NCBI GenBank assembly: GCA_964459725.1
Contig: CAYWNT010000001.1
Location: forward strand, 91,529-155,528
Reading direction: 5' to 3'
DNA: 64,000 bases
Origin: an uncultured Gammaproteobacteria bacterium
GTDB taxonomy: Bacteria; Patescibacteriota; Patescibacteriia; Patescibacteriales; UBA12075
Shown in pieces: positions 55,906 through 63,864 of this stretch. The notes under the pieces were generated by a model. The model searched no databases. It was not told where the DNA came from and was given only the letters and a program-made list of their open reading frames with translations. Each line of letters begins with the position of its first letter. Positions within the stretch are counted from its first letter, which is position 1. Both the position numbers and the translations under genes were made by a program.

Positions 55906-55988
55906 GGGTCGATACTCAAGCGGTCAACGAGGGCAGACTGTAAATCTGCTGGCTTCGGCCTACGTAGGTTCGAGTCCTACTCGGCCCA
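55906..55988 (+). tRNA. tRNA-Tyr (anticodon GTA at 55940-55942), long variable arm
   Basis: The cloverleaf reads gggtcga ta ctc aagcggtcaac gag g gcaga ctgtaaa tctgc tggcttcggcctac gtagg ttcgagt cctac tcggccc a. No CCA is encoded. Confidence 0.9.
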
Positions 55989-55997
55989 CTAAAAAAA

Positions 55998-56024
55998 AGA
56001 GCACTGAAGTTTCAGTGCTCTTTT
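55998..56024 (+). terminator. Terminator after tRNA-Tyr
   Basis: An A8 run precedes agagcactgaa paired with ttcagtgctct, followed by tttt. Confidence 0.7.
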
Positions 56025-56075
56025 GTATTTAAAAATTTATTTTTATACCGATAAAGCTCTCTATTCGCAGCGGAT

Positions 56076-56164
56076 CAGACTGCCACCGCCTTTGGCGGGG
56101 TCCCGCAGCGGCGGGATAAATCTGCTGGCTTCGGCCTACGTAGGTTCGAGTCCTACTCGGCCCA
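56076..56164 (+). pseudogene. tRNA-Tyr-like 3' two-thirds with a 34-nt anticodon-loop insertion
   Basis: cagactg[34-nt insert, 56083-116]taaatctgctggcttcggcctacgtaggttcgagtcctactcggccca. Outside the insert it is identical to the intact gene. There is no intact 5' acceptor strand upstream, only a degenerate ccgata...gctc. Confidence 0.6.
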
Positions 56165-56204
56165 CATACAAAAGAACACTGTGAATGCAGTGTTTTTTTG
56201 TATG
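56165..56204 (+). terminator. Terminator after the tRNA-Tyr-like 3' copy
   Basis: catacaaaagaacactg pairs with cagtgtttttttgtatg (core aacactg/cagtgtt), followed by a T-run. Confidence 0.7.
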
Positions 56205-56227
56205 TTGTTGAGTAGATTGCTTGAACC
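56203..56227. repeat. Diverged inverted copy of the tRNA-Tyr 3' half
   Basis: tgttgttgagtagattgcttgaacc compares with the reverse complement of the tRNA T-arm/acceptor, tgggccgagtaggactcgaacc. Confidence 0.4.
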
Positions 56228-56327
56228 TAGTTGACCAAAGTGAATCATCAATCAATCATCAATCAAAGTAATAACAAGGGAAACAAATACGAGGTAATAC
56301 CATAATGATCGAAAAATGCTCTGCTTT

Positions 56328-56367
56328 TTCGAGTCCCTGCCTGCCGGCAGACAGGCTACTCGGCCCA
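56328..56367 (+). pseudogene. tRNA-Tyr 3'-end fragment (T-loop to discriminator) interrupted by a 20-nt palindrome
   Basis: ttcgagtc[cctgcctgccggcagacagg]ctactcggccca. A hairpin plus T-rich tract follows at 56381-56409. Confidence 0.6.
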
Positions 56368-56445
56368 CAACCAATATAAAACGGTACAATTTGTGCTGTT
56401 TAATTTTGTTTAATATTAGCAATAGTTATACAGTAAAGGATTTTA

Positions 56446-56474
56446 TTGACTTTTTTTATTTTTTGTAGTACTAT
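56446..56474 (+). promoter_or_regulatory. Candidate promoter of rpmG
   Basis: TTGACT at 56446-51, a 17-nt spacer, then TACTAT at 56469-74. A hairpin plus T6 (aacagac..gcctgtt, ~56486-56515) lies between it and the start codon. Confidence 0.4.
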
Positions 56475-56536
56475 GAACTCAACAAGGATAACAGACAGAT
56501 TATGCCTGTTTTTTATTATTAAGATTTGAAAATACT

Positions 56537-56692
56537 ATGTCTCAGGACAATATGATCAAGTTTGAGTGTACTGAATGTAAAAGGGTTAATTATTTTTCTA
56601 GAAAAAATAAAAAAACTTTGAAAGAGAGACTCAATCTCAAAAAATATTGTAAGTTTTGCAAAAAACATACAACACATAAAGAAACAAAATAG
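56537..56692 (+). CDS. rpmG: 50S ribosomal protein L33
   Basis: Hand-translated as [51 protein letters not shown], which matches the canonical L33 pattern with both CxxC pairs. It is below the track cutoff. Confidence 0.85.
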   Translation: MSQDNMIKFECTECKRVNYFSRKNKKTLKERLNLKKYCKFCKKHTTHKETK

Positions 56693-56729
56693 AAAAGTTT
56701 TGTTTCTTTTTTGTTAAATAATTCTAGTT

Positions 56730-57137
56730 ATGAATATTTATTCAAAAATTTTTCTAGTATTAATTGGTGTTTTGTTTATAAATGGATGTTCGGTTATGGA
56801 AAGTCTTAGAAATGCTGACCAGAAAATGGGAGACATGTATGAGGATTTTCAGGACAGCAGTGAGGAAAATGCGAATGACTTTATCAAGGATACAAAAGAA
56901 AATATTGGAGAAGTGGTTGAACTGTCAGAGGAGCAGAAAGGTAAAGTCGATAAATGGCTGGAAGGAAATGATTTCAATAAATTCGGTGATGCCCTCGGCA
57001 CAATGTATGCTGGCGGTACGCCGCTTTTCAACGAGGCAACAGGAGAAATTAAGGATAGGTTTGAATATATAATGGAAAAAATTCCAGATATTTTAGAAAA
57101 GATAAAGGAGATAGAATTGGAAGAATTTGCAGAATAA
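56730..57137 (+). CDS. Hypothetical lipoprotein
   Basis: Signal peptide with a lipobox (LIGVLFINGC). The mature part is acidic. Confidence 0.65.
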   Translation: MNIYSKIFLVLIGVLFINGCSVMESLRNADQKMGDMYEDFQDSSEENANDFIKDTKENIGEVVELSEEQKGKVDKWLEGNDFNKFGDALGTMYAGGTPLFNEATGEIKDRFEYIMEKIPDILEKIKEIELEEFAE

Positions 57138-57150
57138 AAATTAAGCAGAA

Positions 57151-57221
57151 GCGGGCGTGGTATAATGGTAGTACAAGAGTTTCCAAAACTTTTAGCGGGG
57201 GTTCGATTCCCTCCGCCCGTG
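57151..57221 (+). tRNA. tRNA-Trp (anticodon CCA at 57183-57185)
   Basis: The cloverleaf reads gcgggcg tg gtat aatggta gtac a agagt ttccaaa acttt tagc ggggg ttcgatt ccctc cgcccgt g. The acceptor stem has a G1-U72 pair. No CCA is encoded. Confidence 0.8.
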
Positions 57222-57629
57222 CAAAATATGAACAGGACTTTTTGTCCTGTTTTTATTTTGTGCGAGTGGAGCTTGAATCGAACACCTTTGAGAAATGTAA
57301 CATGAAATGATAAGTATAAAAACATGAATAAATTTTGCATTTCAAAATGAATATGTTTACCTGATTGAAAACGCCTTGGCTTTTCGATTCCCTCCGCCCG
57401 TGCAAAAATAAACAAGGTCACAAATTGTGATCTTGTTTATTTTTGTATGGGCTGATGCAGAATCGAATCCCGTTGATTATAGAATTTAATATAGGAAAAC
57501 TTTATTAAATAAAGTAAATTTTTAGAACGAAATAATAGTGAGCTGTATGATGGTGCTGGGGCTTGAACCCTTCGATTCCCTCCGCCCGTGCAAATATAAA
57601 ACAGTCCTGAGTACTCAGGGATGTTTTTT
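57202..57629 (+). repeat. Array of three copies of the tRNA-Trp 3' end, each with its own terminator, interleaved with inverted 3'-half-like copies
   Basis: ttcgattccctccgcccgtgcaaa occurs at 57202-225 (within the tRNA), 57383-406 and 57571-594, a spacing of 181 and 188 nt. Terminators lie at 57231-58, 57411-44 and 57602-29. Inverted diverged copies are tgtgcgagtggagcttgaatcgaacacc (57259-86), tgtatgggctgatgcagaatcgaatccc (57444-71) and tgtatgatggtgctggggcttgaaccc (57544-70). Confidence 0.75.
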
Positions 57630-57713
57630 ATATATTAAAGATTTGTTAACAATAATTAATAAATAATGGTATAATATAAATATAACTTAAATACATATTA
57701 TAATATAAAATTT

Positions 57714-59588
57714 ATGAAAAAATTGTTTATATTTTTAGCTTTTTTGCTCCTGCCATTATCATCTCAGGCAAGCGATGATTATGATTGGAATGATTTTAGT
57801 CAGTCTTGTTTTACTAAGACATTTAATATTTACTCAGTGGATGATGAGGTTCTAAAAGTTGAAGTTCCTAGGGAGAGTGACCTCTTTTTTGTGCAAAATG
57901 ATGCTTTATTGCCAAATAAAGTTTTTGATTATGGGACAGGAGAGTATATCGAGCATGATGTAGTGAGAGTGACTGGAGCTAGTTACACAAGTAAGGATAT
58001 AAGCTATTTAAATGATGGAAATTTACAGACTTCTCTTTACTTCAATCCGTATGCAGAAAGTAAAAAAGGAATCATTATTGATGCAAGAGAAATTCTGACT
58101 GCCAACTCATTTTCTTTTAAGTTCGATTACAAGGGGGATTACGCCCCTCATTATCATATATCAAAGGACGGCACTAGTTACATAGAGGTAGAAAATGTTG
58201 AGAACTACGATTTTCGATACCTTAAATTAATTTTTAGTGAGCACGAAGAAATCCCGAGTAAAAAGTTATCCATCCGAGAATTAGGGTTTCTTAGATATGA
58301 AAATTATACTTATTTAGTTAAGTCAAATTCGACTCAAGTGATAAGAGTTTTTGCCGACTATAAATGCGAAGACATTGAGAAGGTCCATCAGGCTATAAAT
58401 TTTGTTGGCAGTAAAACTCGTAATGCTGTGTTTGGCATTGATGCAAACACAAAAGAATATAAAATTTCTTTTAATGATAATCGATTTTATAATTCAGATA
58501 TAGATAGGGATACTATTTTAAATGATTATGACAATTGTCCTTTTGTTTATAATAAGGATCAGGTGGATTCTGATGCTGATTTTGTAGGAGATGAGTGCGA
58601 CTTGAATAATGAGGTGAAAAATTTCCATGAAAAAGACAGTGACAAGGATGGCGTGGGAGACTCAGAAGATAATTGTCTGAGTCTGTACAATCCTCAACAA
58701 TTAGATAGTAACGCCGACAAGAAGGGAGATCTCTGCAGCGATGATGATAAGGATGGGGTAATCGGTTATCTAGATAATTGTATTAATGTAAAAAATAAAG
58801 ACCAGGCAGATATTAATGTAAATTCAATTGGAGATGCTTGCGAGTTTGACAAGGATGAGGATGGAGTATTCGATGGTTTTGATAATTGTATAACCAGCCC
58901 AAATCCAAATCAAATAGATGAGGATAATGATGACATAGGTGATATATGTGATAACTGTAATTATTATAATCCTAGACAGATTGATAAAAACAATGACGGA
59001 GTAGGTGATAGATGCGAAGAAGAAAAGAGGCTGGAGCAGGACCGTGATAGTGATGGCATACTAAATGAGGATGATAATTGCCAGGACGTGATTAATTTTG
59101 ATCAAAAAGATAAGGACAAAGACGGTATAGGTGATAAGTGTGATAATTGTATAGATATTCAAAACTCTGACCAAAAGGATGAAAACGAAAATGGTGTAGG
59201 AGATCTATGTGAAGATGAGGATGGTGACAACGTCGTAGGATATCTGGATAATTGTCCAAAACATAAAAACACTGATCAGTCTGACCAGGATAATGATGGG
59301 GTAGGAGATATGTGCGAAGATGAGGATGGAGATAAATTTGTCGCCGCAGAAGATAATTGTCCGTTTGATTACAATAAAGATCAGTCAGATGTTGACAAGG
59401 ATGGAGTTGGTGATAAGTGTGACGAAAAGGACGATAGGTTTATTGAATCCAACAAAGAGCTATTCTTCAGTTTTATTATTGTGATTGTGTTAGTTTTTTC
59501 TGTTCTGATATTTTTTATGTTAAAAAAGATAAAGAACGATAGTCAGGGCGAGGGAGAAAATGAAAAAAATAACGATGAAATAATATAA
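57714..59588 (+). CDS. Secreted, C-terminally anchored thrombospondin type-3 (calcium-binding) repeat protein
   Basis: It has a signal peptide (LFIFLAFLLLPLSSQA). More than 12 repeats of DxDxDGxGDxCDNC / NxDQxDxD lie between ~58500 and 59430. A C-terminal TM segment (LFFSFIIVIVLVFSVLIFFML) is present. Confidence 0.75.
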   Translation: MKKLFIFLAFLLLPLSSQASDDYDWNDFSQSCFTKTFNIYSVDDEVLKVEVPRESDLFFVQNDALLPNKVFDYGTGEYIEHDVVRVTGASYTSKDISYLNDGNLQTSLYFNPYAESKKGIIIDAREILTANSFSFKFDYKGDYAPHYHISKDGTSYIEVENVENYDFRYLKLIFSEHEEIPSKKLSIRELGFLRYENYTYLVKSNSTQVIRVFADYKCEDIEKVHQAINFVGSKTRNAVFGIDANTKEYKISFNDNRFYNSDIDRDTILNDYDNCPFVYNKDQVDSDADFVGDECDLNNEVKNFHEKDSDKDGVGDSEDNCLSLYNPQQLDSNADKKGDLCSDDDKDGVIGYLDNCINVKNKDQADINVNSIGDACEFDKDEDGVFDGFDNCITSPNPNQIDEDNDDIGDICDNCNYYNPRQIDKNNDGVGDRCEEEKRLEQDRDSDGILNEDDNCQDVINFDQKDKDKDGIGDKCDNCIDIQNSDQKDENENGVGDLCEDEDGDNVVGYLDNCPKHKNTDQSDQDNDGVGDMCEDEDGDKFVAAEDNCPFDYNKDQSDVDKDGVGDKCDEKDDRFIESNKELFFSFIIVIVLVFSVLIFFMLKKIKNDSQGEGENEKNNDEII

Positions 59589-59609
59589 TTATTTACTCAC
59601 TTTTTTATT

Positions 59610-62600
59610 ATGATCAATTTAATAAATAGGATTGCCTGGTTCGTTAGTTTTGCGATGGGCTTTCTAATAACATTTTCTGTCGGCTTAATGTTTGATATGC
59701 TTGATGACAGATACTCCTTTGACGACAGCACTTTTATGTTTTGGATGATCGGCGTGGTGGTTTTTGGAAGTCTTTTTAAGAAATTATTTTTCGCCAAGTC
59801 TTATATTTTGTTTGCTATGGGCAAAAAGGAGGCGGAGATTGTAGGGAAGAAGAAGGAAGAGAGCATAGAGAGAGCTGAGAAGGTAGAGAGACCGGAGAGA
59901 GAAGAGAAGATTGAGGAGCCTACTGTGGAGAAATTTAGTGAACCTATGACCAGCGAAAGTATGCCTATTGCTGGGAGCGATAAAGCTGAGATAAGTGATG
60001 AGAGCCAGAGAAGGAAGGAAAATTCAGTAGAAGAGGAAATAGAAAAATATGAAACAAAGGAGGAGCGGCTTGCAGAGGAGCCTCGAGGACCAAACTTTAT
60101 TCAGAAGTTTTTTGCAGAGAATATGCTGGCAAAGGTTGGTGGTATTTTGTTATTCTTGGCAGTGTTGTTCTTGCTCCAGCTCGTTTATACCGTTATTGGA
60201 CCGATTGGAAAACTGATGATTGGCTTCTTGGTTGGATTTGTTATATTTGGAGTCGGTGTATTTATAGATGGGAAAGGATACAAAAAAGAATCTGGGATTC
60301 TCATGGGAACTGCGATTCTGATAAACTATCTCGTGATTTTATCTGGGAGATACTTGATTGGAGAGGAATTGTTTGCGGATAAAACAATATTAAATGAGAG
60401 CATGACTTTTCTTTTGTTGATTGTAAACACTGTGTTTGCAATCACTGTATCAATAGCCTACAATTCTCACGCCCTACTATTTTTCTCATTTGTGGTGGCT
60501 TACTTAAATCCGTTTTTGGTGGGAATGAAAATGACTCTTACGTTTTTTAATTCTCTTAGTTATGCTTTATTTGTTTCTTTTGGCGCTGTGCTTTTGAGTT
60601 ATTATTATAGAAACAAGAATAAGATATATTCTTACGGTCTTTTAAGTATTGCCTTTTTTGGTGGAAATATTTTGATATTAACTACGCCGTTTTCTAGCAC
60701 TGTTGAGTGGTTGGTGAAGTTAGGTGCGATGGCGATTCTATCCTTATTGTGCATTGTGGTTGCCTACAGAAGTAAAAATTCAGATCTCATTGGGAGTTAT
60801 TTTATGGGTCTTTATATGTTTTTTATCGGCTTATTGTTTTATGGTAATTACGAGCTTGGAAATTTATTTTCCTCGTCCAGTATAATGATTGGGTACTTAT
60901 TATTCATGGTAATTTCAGTAATTGGAGGAGCGTTTTTGTTCGCCTCCACATCCATTATTTCAGTATTCTATATACTCCTGTTGCCTATTTTCATTTTGTT
61001 GGGGTTGATGTATTCCGGGGTTTTATATGTGATGGATATTGGCCTAGTGTTGACGGGCACGATAATACTGTATTTATCCATCTTTGTTAAATTGACATCT
61101 AGAATGTTGATCCAAATGAAATATCTGATTTTTGCAGTCTTGGGAGTTTTTATTTTTCTGGTTAGTGACTATATAGGTGAAGCAATGAGAAGCAAGGCGA
61201 TGGTTGATGCAGATGTTGAAATTCAGGCCTACGGAGTGATAGCCGCGACTTTTATATTTTTAATTTTTTCTTATTATTTTTCAAGTAAGAAGAGTTTGGA
61301 ATATTTGTATACCCTTGGAACGATATTCAGCATGGTTGCTTTATTGCCTGTTATTGAGAGAGCTGGAAGTCTGAAAATGATCAGCGTCATAAGCATAGTC
61401 TTATTAATGGCTATTAATATAGCTACACCTTTCATAAATAAAGCTTTGTTGCTGAGCAGGGTCAGAAATCTGGCACTTGGACTTGTTTCAGGAGTTGTAT
61501 TTGCAACATTTGAGATATTTTATTTTTGGTACGGAGACGCAGATCAATCAAAGATTACAATTGGGTTAGCTATATTAATGTTGGCAGTTTTGTATTTTTT
61601 TGTTAGTTTTGCAATGCATAATAGGATAAAACGTTACAGAGAATCTCAGGTTGTTGAAGAGGGTAGGACGGTTAGCTTAGGAGCGTTTCATGCCTTGATC
61701 GGAGCTTCGATTTCGTTATTTTCACTATCAGTTGCTTATATTTTTTCTGAGAGCTCCGAAGTGATTTCCGCGATTTGGCTTTTTGAGTCTAGTCTTCTGT
61801 ATTATTTCTATGGCAAGACAAAGGACGTTAAGATTTATATTTTTGCTTTTATTTTGATGGTTGTAGGTTTGGTGAAATTATCTACCCTGTTGGGCGCAGT
61901 ACAGTCGAGGGAATATACCTCACTGATTTCTTTGTTTATTATCTTTTGGTCATTTGTGGCTAGTTTGAAATTTTTAAATTCAGAAAAAAAAGAAATTCGT
62001 TCCTTGCATGACTTTGGGCATATGGTTGGAATATTTCTAACTGCATGGATGTTGATTGAAATTATTCCTGATTATTGGTTTGGTTGGTATATTCTTGGTT
62101 TGTCTATTTTTGGTGTTTTGTTGTCTTTGGTTTATAGCAGGCTGTATACCGGGAAAATAAAATATTTTTATATTTTATTCTTGTCAGCTATATTTGTTGT
62201 TCAGATATTTAGCCTTGAAACTTTCTTTGCCAAGGCAGACGCGGTTGACATGTCGTATGTGCGCGTAGCCCAGTATTTGTCTACTGTCTTGCTTGGCATG
62301 GCATATTATATTTTTAATTATTTACAAAAGGTATTTAATCAAGAAAATAATGATAGAAATTTGTCTTATGCCCTAACGATTATATTTTCTCTCTATTTAT
62401 TTATTATAACTTCGCAGTATGTTTTCTTTCTGTTTAATGAAAATGAATTTGTGCTAACTATTTATTGGGGCGTGATATCTTTTGTATTTTTGAATATCGG
62501 AATCCAGAAGGATATAATAAGACTAAGAACAATAGGACTTTATATCCTGAGCCTAACAACAATAAAAATCCTGCTCTATGATATTTGGTCAGGACTTGAT

Positions 62601-62753
62601 GATGCTATTGTGAGAGTAATAGCTCTTATGATCGTTGGAGGAATAATGATAGCTGTTTCAACCATTTATTCAAAGAAGTATGGAGGAAATCTAAAAGGGG
62701 AATTTGACCTAGAGAATTTGAAGAATAAATTTCCTAATAATCCAAAAGAGTAA
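59610..62753 (+). CDS. Large polytopic membrane protein, DUF2339-like
   Basis: 1,047 aa. A Glu/Lys-rich linker is followed by FIQKFFAENMLAKVGGILLFLAVLFLL and more than 20 hydrophobic segments. The family call is from memory. Confidence 0.55.
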   Translation: MINLINRIAWFVSFAMGFLITFSVGLMFDMLDDRYSFDDSTFMFWMIGVVVFGSLFKKLFFAKSYILFAMGKKEAEIVGKKKEESIERAEKVERPEREEKIEEPTVEKFSEPMTSESMPIAGSDKAEISDESQRRKENSVEEEIEKYETKEERLAEEPRGPNFIQKFFAENMLAKVGGILLFLAVLFLLQLVYTVIGPIGKLMIGFLVGFVIFGVGVFIDGKGYKKESGILMGTAILINYLVILSGRYLIGEELFADKTILNESMTFLLLIVNTVFAITVSIAYNSHALLFFSFVVAYLNPFLVGMKMTLTFFNSLSYALFVSFGAVLLSYYYRNKNKIYSYGLLSIAFFGGNILILTTPFSSTVEWLVKLGAMAILSLLCIVVAYRSKNSDLIGSYFMGLYMFFIGLLFYGNYELGNLFSSSSIMIGYLLFMVISVIGGAFLFASTSIISVFYILLLPIFILLGLMYSGVLYVMDIGLVLTGTIILYLSIFVKLTSRMLIQMKYLIFAVLGVFIFLVSDYIGEAMRSKAMVDADVEIQAYGVIAATFIFLIFSYYFSSKKSLEYLYTLGTIFSMVALLPVIERAGSLKMISVISIVLLMAINIATPFINKALLLSRVRNLALGLVSGVVFATFEIFYFWYGDADQSKITIGLAILMLAVLYFFVSFAMHNRIKRYRESQVVEEGRTVSLGAFHALIGASISLFSLSVAYIFSESSEVISAIWLFESSLLYYFYGKTKDVKIYIFAFILMVVGLVKLSTLLGAVQSREYTSLISLFIIFWSFVASLKFLNSEKKEIRSLHDFGHMVGIFLTAWMLIEIIPDYWFGWYILGLSIFGVLLSLVYSRLYTGKIKYFYILFLSAIFVVQIFSLETFFAKADAVDMSYVRVAQYLSTVLLGMAYYIFNYLQKVFNQENNDRNLSYALTIIFSLYLFIITSQYVFFLFNENEFVLTIYWGVISFVFLNIGIQKDIIRLRTIGLYILSLTTIKILLYDIWSGLDDAIVRVIALMIVGGIMIAVSTIYSKKYGGNLKGEFDLENLKNKFPNNPKE

Positions 62754-62780
62754 TTACTACTAACATTGTTAAATACATAA

Positions 62781-62814
62781 AAAAATAATCAGCTTAACCA
62801 GCTGATTATTTTTA
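62781..62814. terminator. Bidirectional terminator between convergent genes
   Basis: An A-run precedes ataatcagct paired with agctgattat, followed by a T-run. Confidence 0.75.
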
Positions 62815-62825
62815 TCTTGATTGGA

Positions 62826-63845
62826 TTATCTGACAGCGCCACTATAAGCAATGGCACGAACCAGGTCCCAGTCAGAGGCCTCTACCGGTTTTTTGTTAAA
62901 AATTGACCGGTATATTTTTATTGCATTTTTTTCACTTTCTATATTTCTGTCAGCTGGGCGTAGTCCATAAGCTATTACCGTGACCGCGGCATTGTCTTTT
63001 GGGTTATCCATGTTTGGTTCTCTCTTATAAATAGCGCTAAAGTAGATGTCTGCAGCTTTTTCTTCTGACTCTTTGTCTCTTTGATTGGGCCAACGTCCAT
63101 TAGCTATTTTTATTACATCTTGCCATTCCAGGGTATTGGTGGGGAGCTTGTCAAAGACAGATAAATAAGAATTTAGAACACCTGCTCTTTCTCCCTCGCC
63201 TAGTAGAATTGTGGTAGGAGTGCCAGAGTCTATGAAATATGAGATGGCCCCCTTGTCTTGGTTTGTTAGGTCATGCGGACTTTTTACTATGATAAAAAGT
63301 GCAAGCCTTCGGGAGTTGTCGTTTTTTACTTCGTTTACAGTCCTGTTGTAGCTGAATACATAACCAGCCTCGCCCAGAGTTACTTCGTTTACTCTTTTAG
63401 CTGGTGAGCCGACAAGGGAGGAAGTCTCGCCACTTTTTGGTGGTGCAGGGTTTTCTCTTTCTTCTTCTTGGCTTATTTTGGGATTGTTTTTCCTGATTAC
63501 TGTGGCTTCGGAGCGATTTTCTGATTTATCTATAGAAAATAAAATATAATAGTAGGGGAGATTTTCTGCAAGATTGGTGTCCGTATAGCTCTCTTCTCTT
63601 CCTTCGTATATTTTATCACAAAATGCCTCCACTGCTTCATAGGTGAAGTAGTCCTCTATCAGGGTGTTAGATCGGAATAAAACACTTTTAGAAAATGTCA
63701 TAACATCCGGGTTCTCCCATGAAATTATTGAAGTTTTTGTATCTCCTTCAACTATAAAATTTACCGGCTTTTCTACATTGACCTTTGCCAGGGAGGGAAG
63801 GGGTATTAACAGTGTTATTATAATGAGAATATAAATTTTTTTCAT
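62826..63845 (-). CDS. Secreted repeat protein of unknown function
   Basis: It has a signal peptide (ILIIITLLIPLPSLAKV) and three ~45-aa repeats of the form [FY]xxI[FY]x[KR]xP....W[DQ]xVxxIAxG. Confidence 0.6.
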   Translation of the reverse strand: MKKIYILIIITLLIPLPSLAKVNVEKPVNFIVEGDTKTSIISWENPDVMTFSKSVLFRSNTLIEDYFTYEAVEAFCDKIYEGREESYTDTNLAENLPYYYILFSIDKSENRSEATVIRKNNPKISQEEERENPAPPKSGETSSLVGSPAKRVNEVTLGEAGYVFSYNRTVNEVKNDNSRRLALFIIVKSPHDLTNQDKGAISYFIDSGTPTTILLGEGERAGVLNSYLSVFDKLPTNTLEWQDVIKIANGRWPNQRDKESEEKAADIYFSAIYKREPNMDNPKDNAAVTVIAYGLRPADRNIESEKNAIKIYRSIFNKKPVEASDWDLVRAIAYSGAVR

Positions 63846-63864
63846 ATTTATATTATATAATATT

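Noticed and set aside
55554-56118. A single group I intron with a GIY-YIG homing endonuclease interrupting tRNA-Tyr at position 34/35
   Set aside because: The 5' exon would end in G rather than the usual U. I could not identify P3-P9 core elements by eye. The putative intron would also contain a complete tRNA-Tyr. I have kept this only as a hypothesis to test with Intron_gpI covariance models.
56782-57421. ORFs 56782-57072 (+) and 56849-57421 (-)
   Set aside because: They overlap the lipoprotein gene in other frames or on the other strand, and they run through tRNA-Trp and its terminator.
57202-57594. The tRNA-Trp 3'-end repeats as a CRISPR array
   Set aside because: There are only three 24-nt repeats, with ~160-nt spacers, and the repeat is tRNA sequence. 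No cas genes are present.
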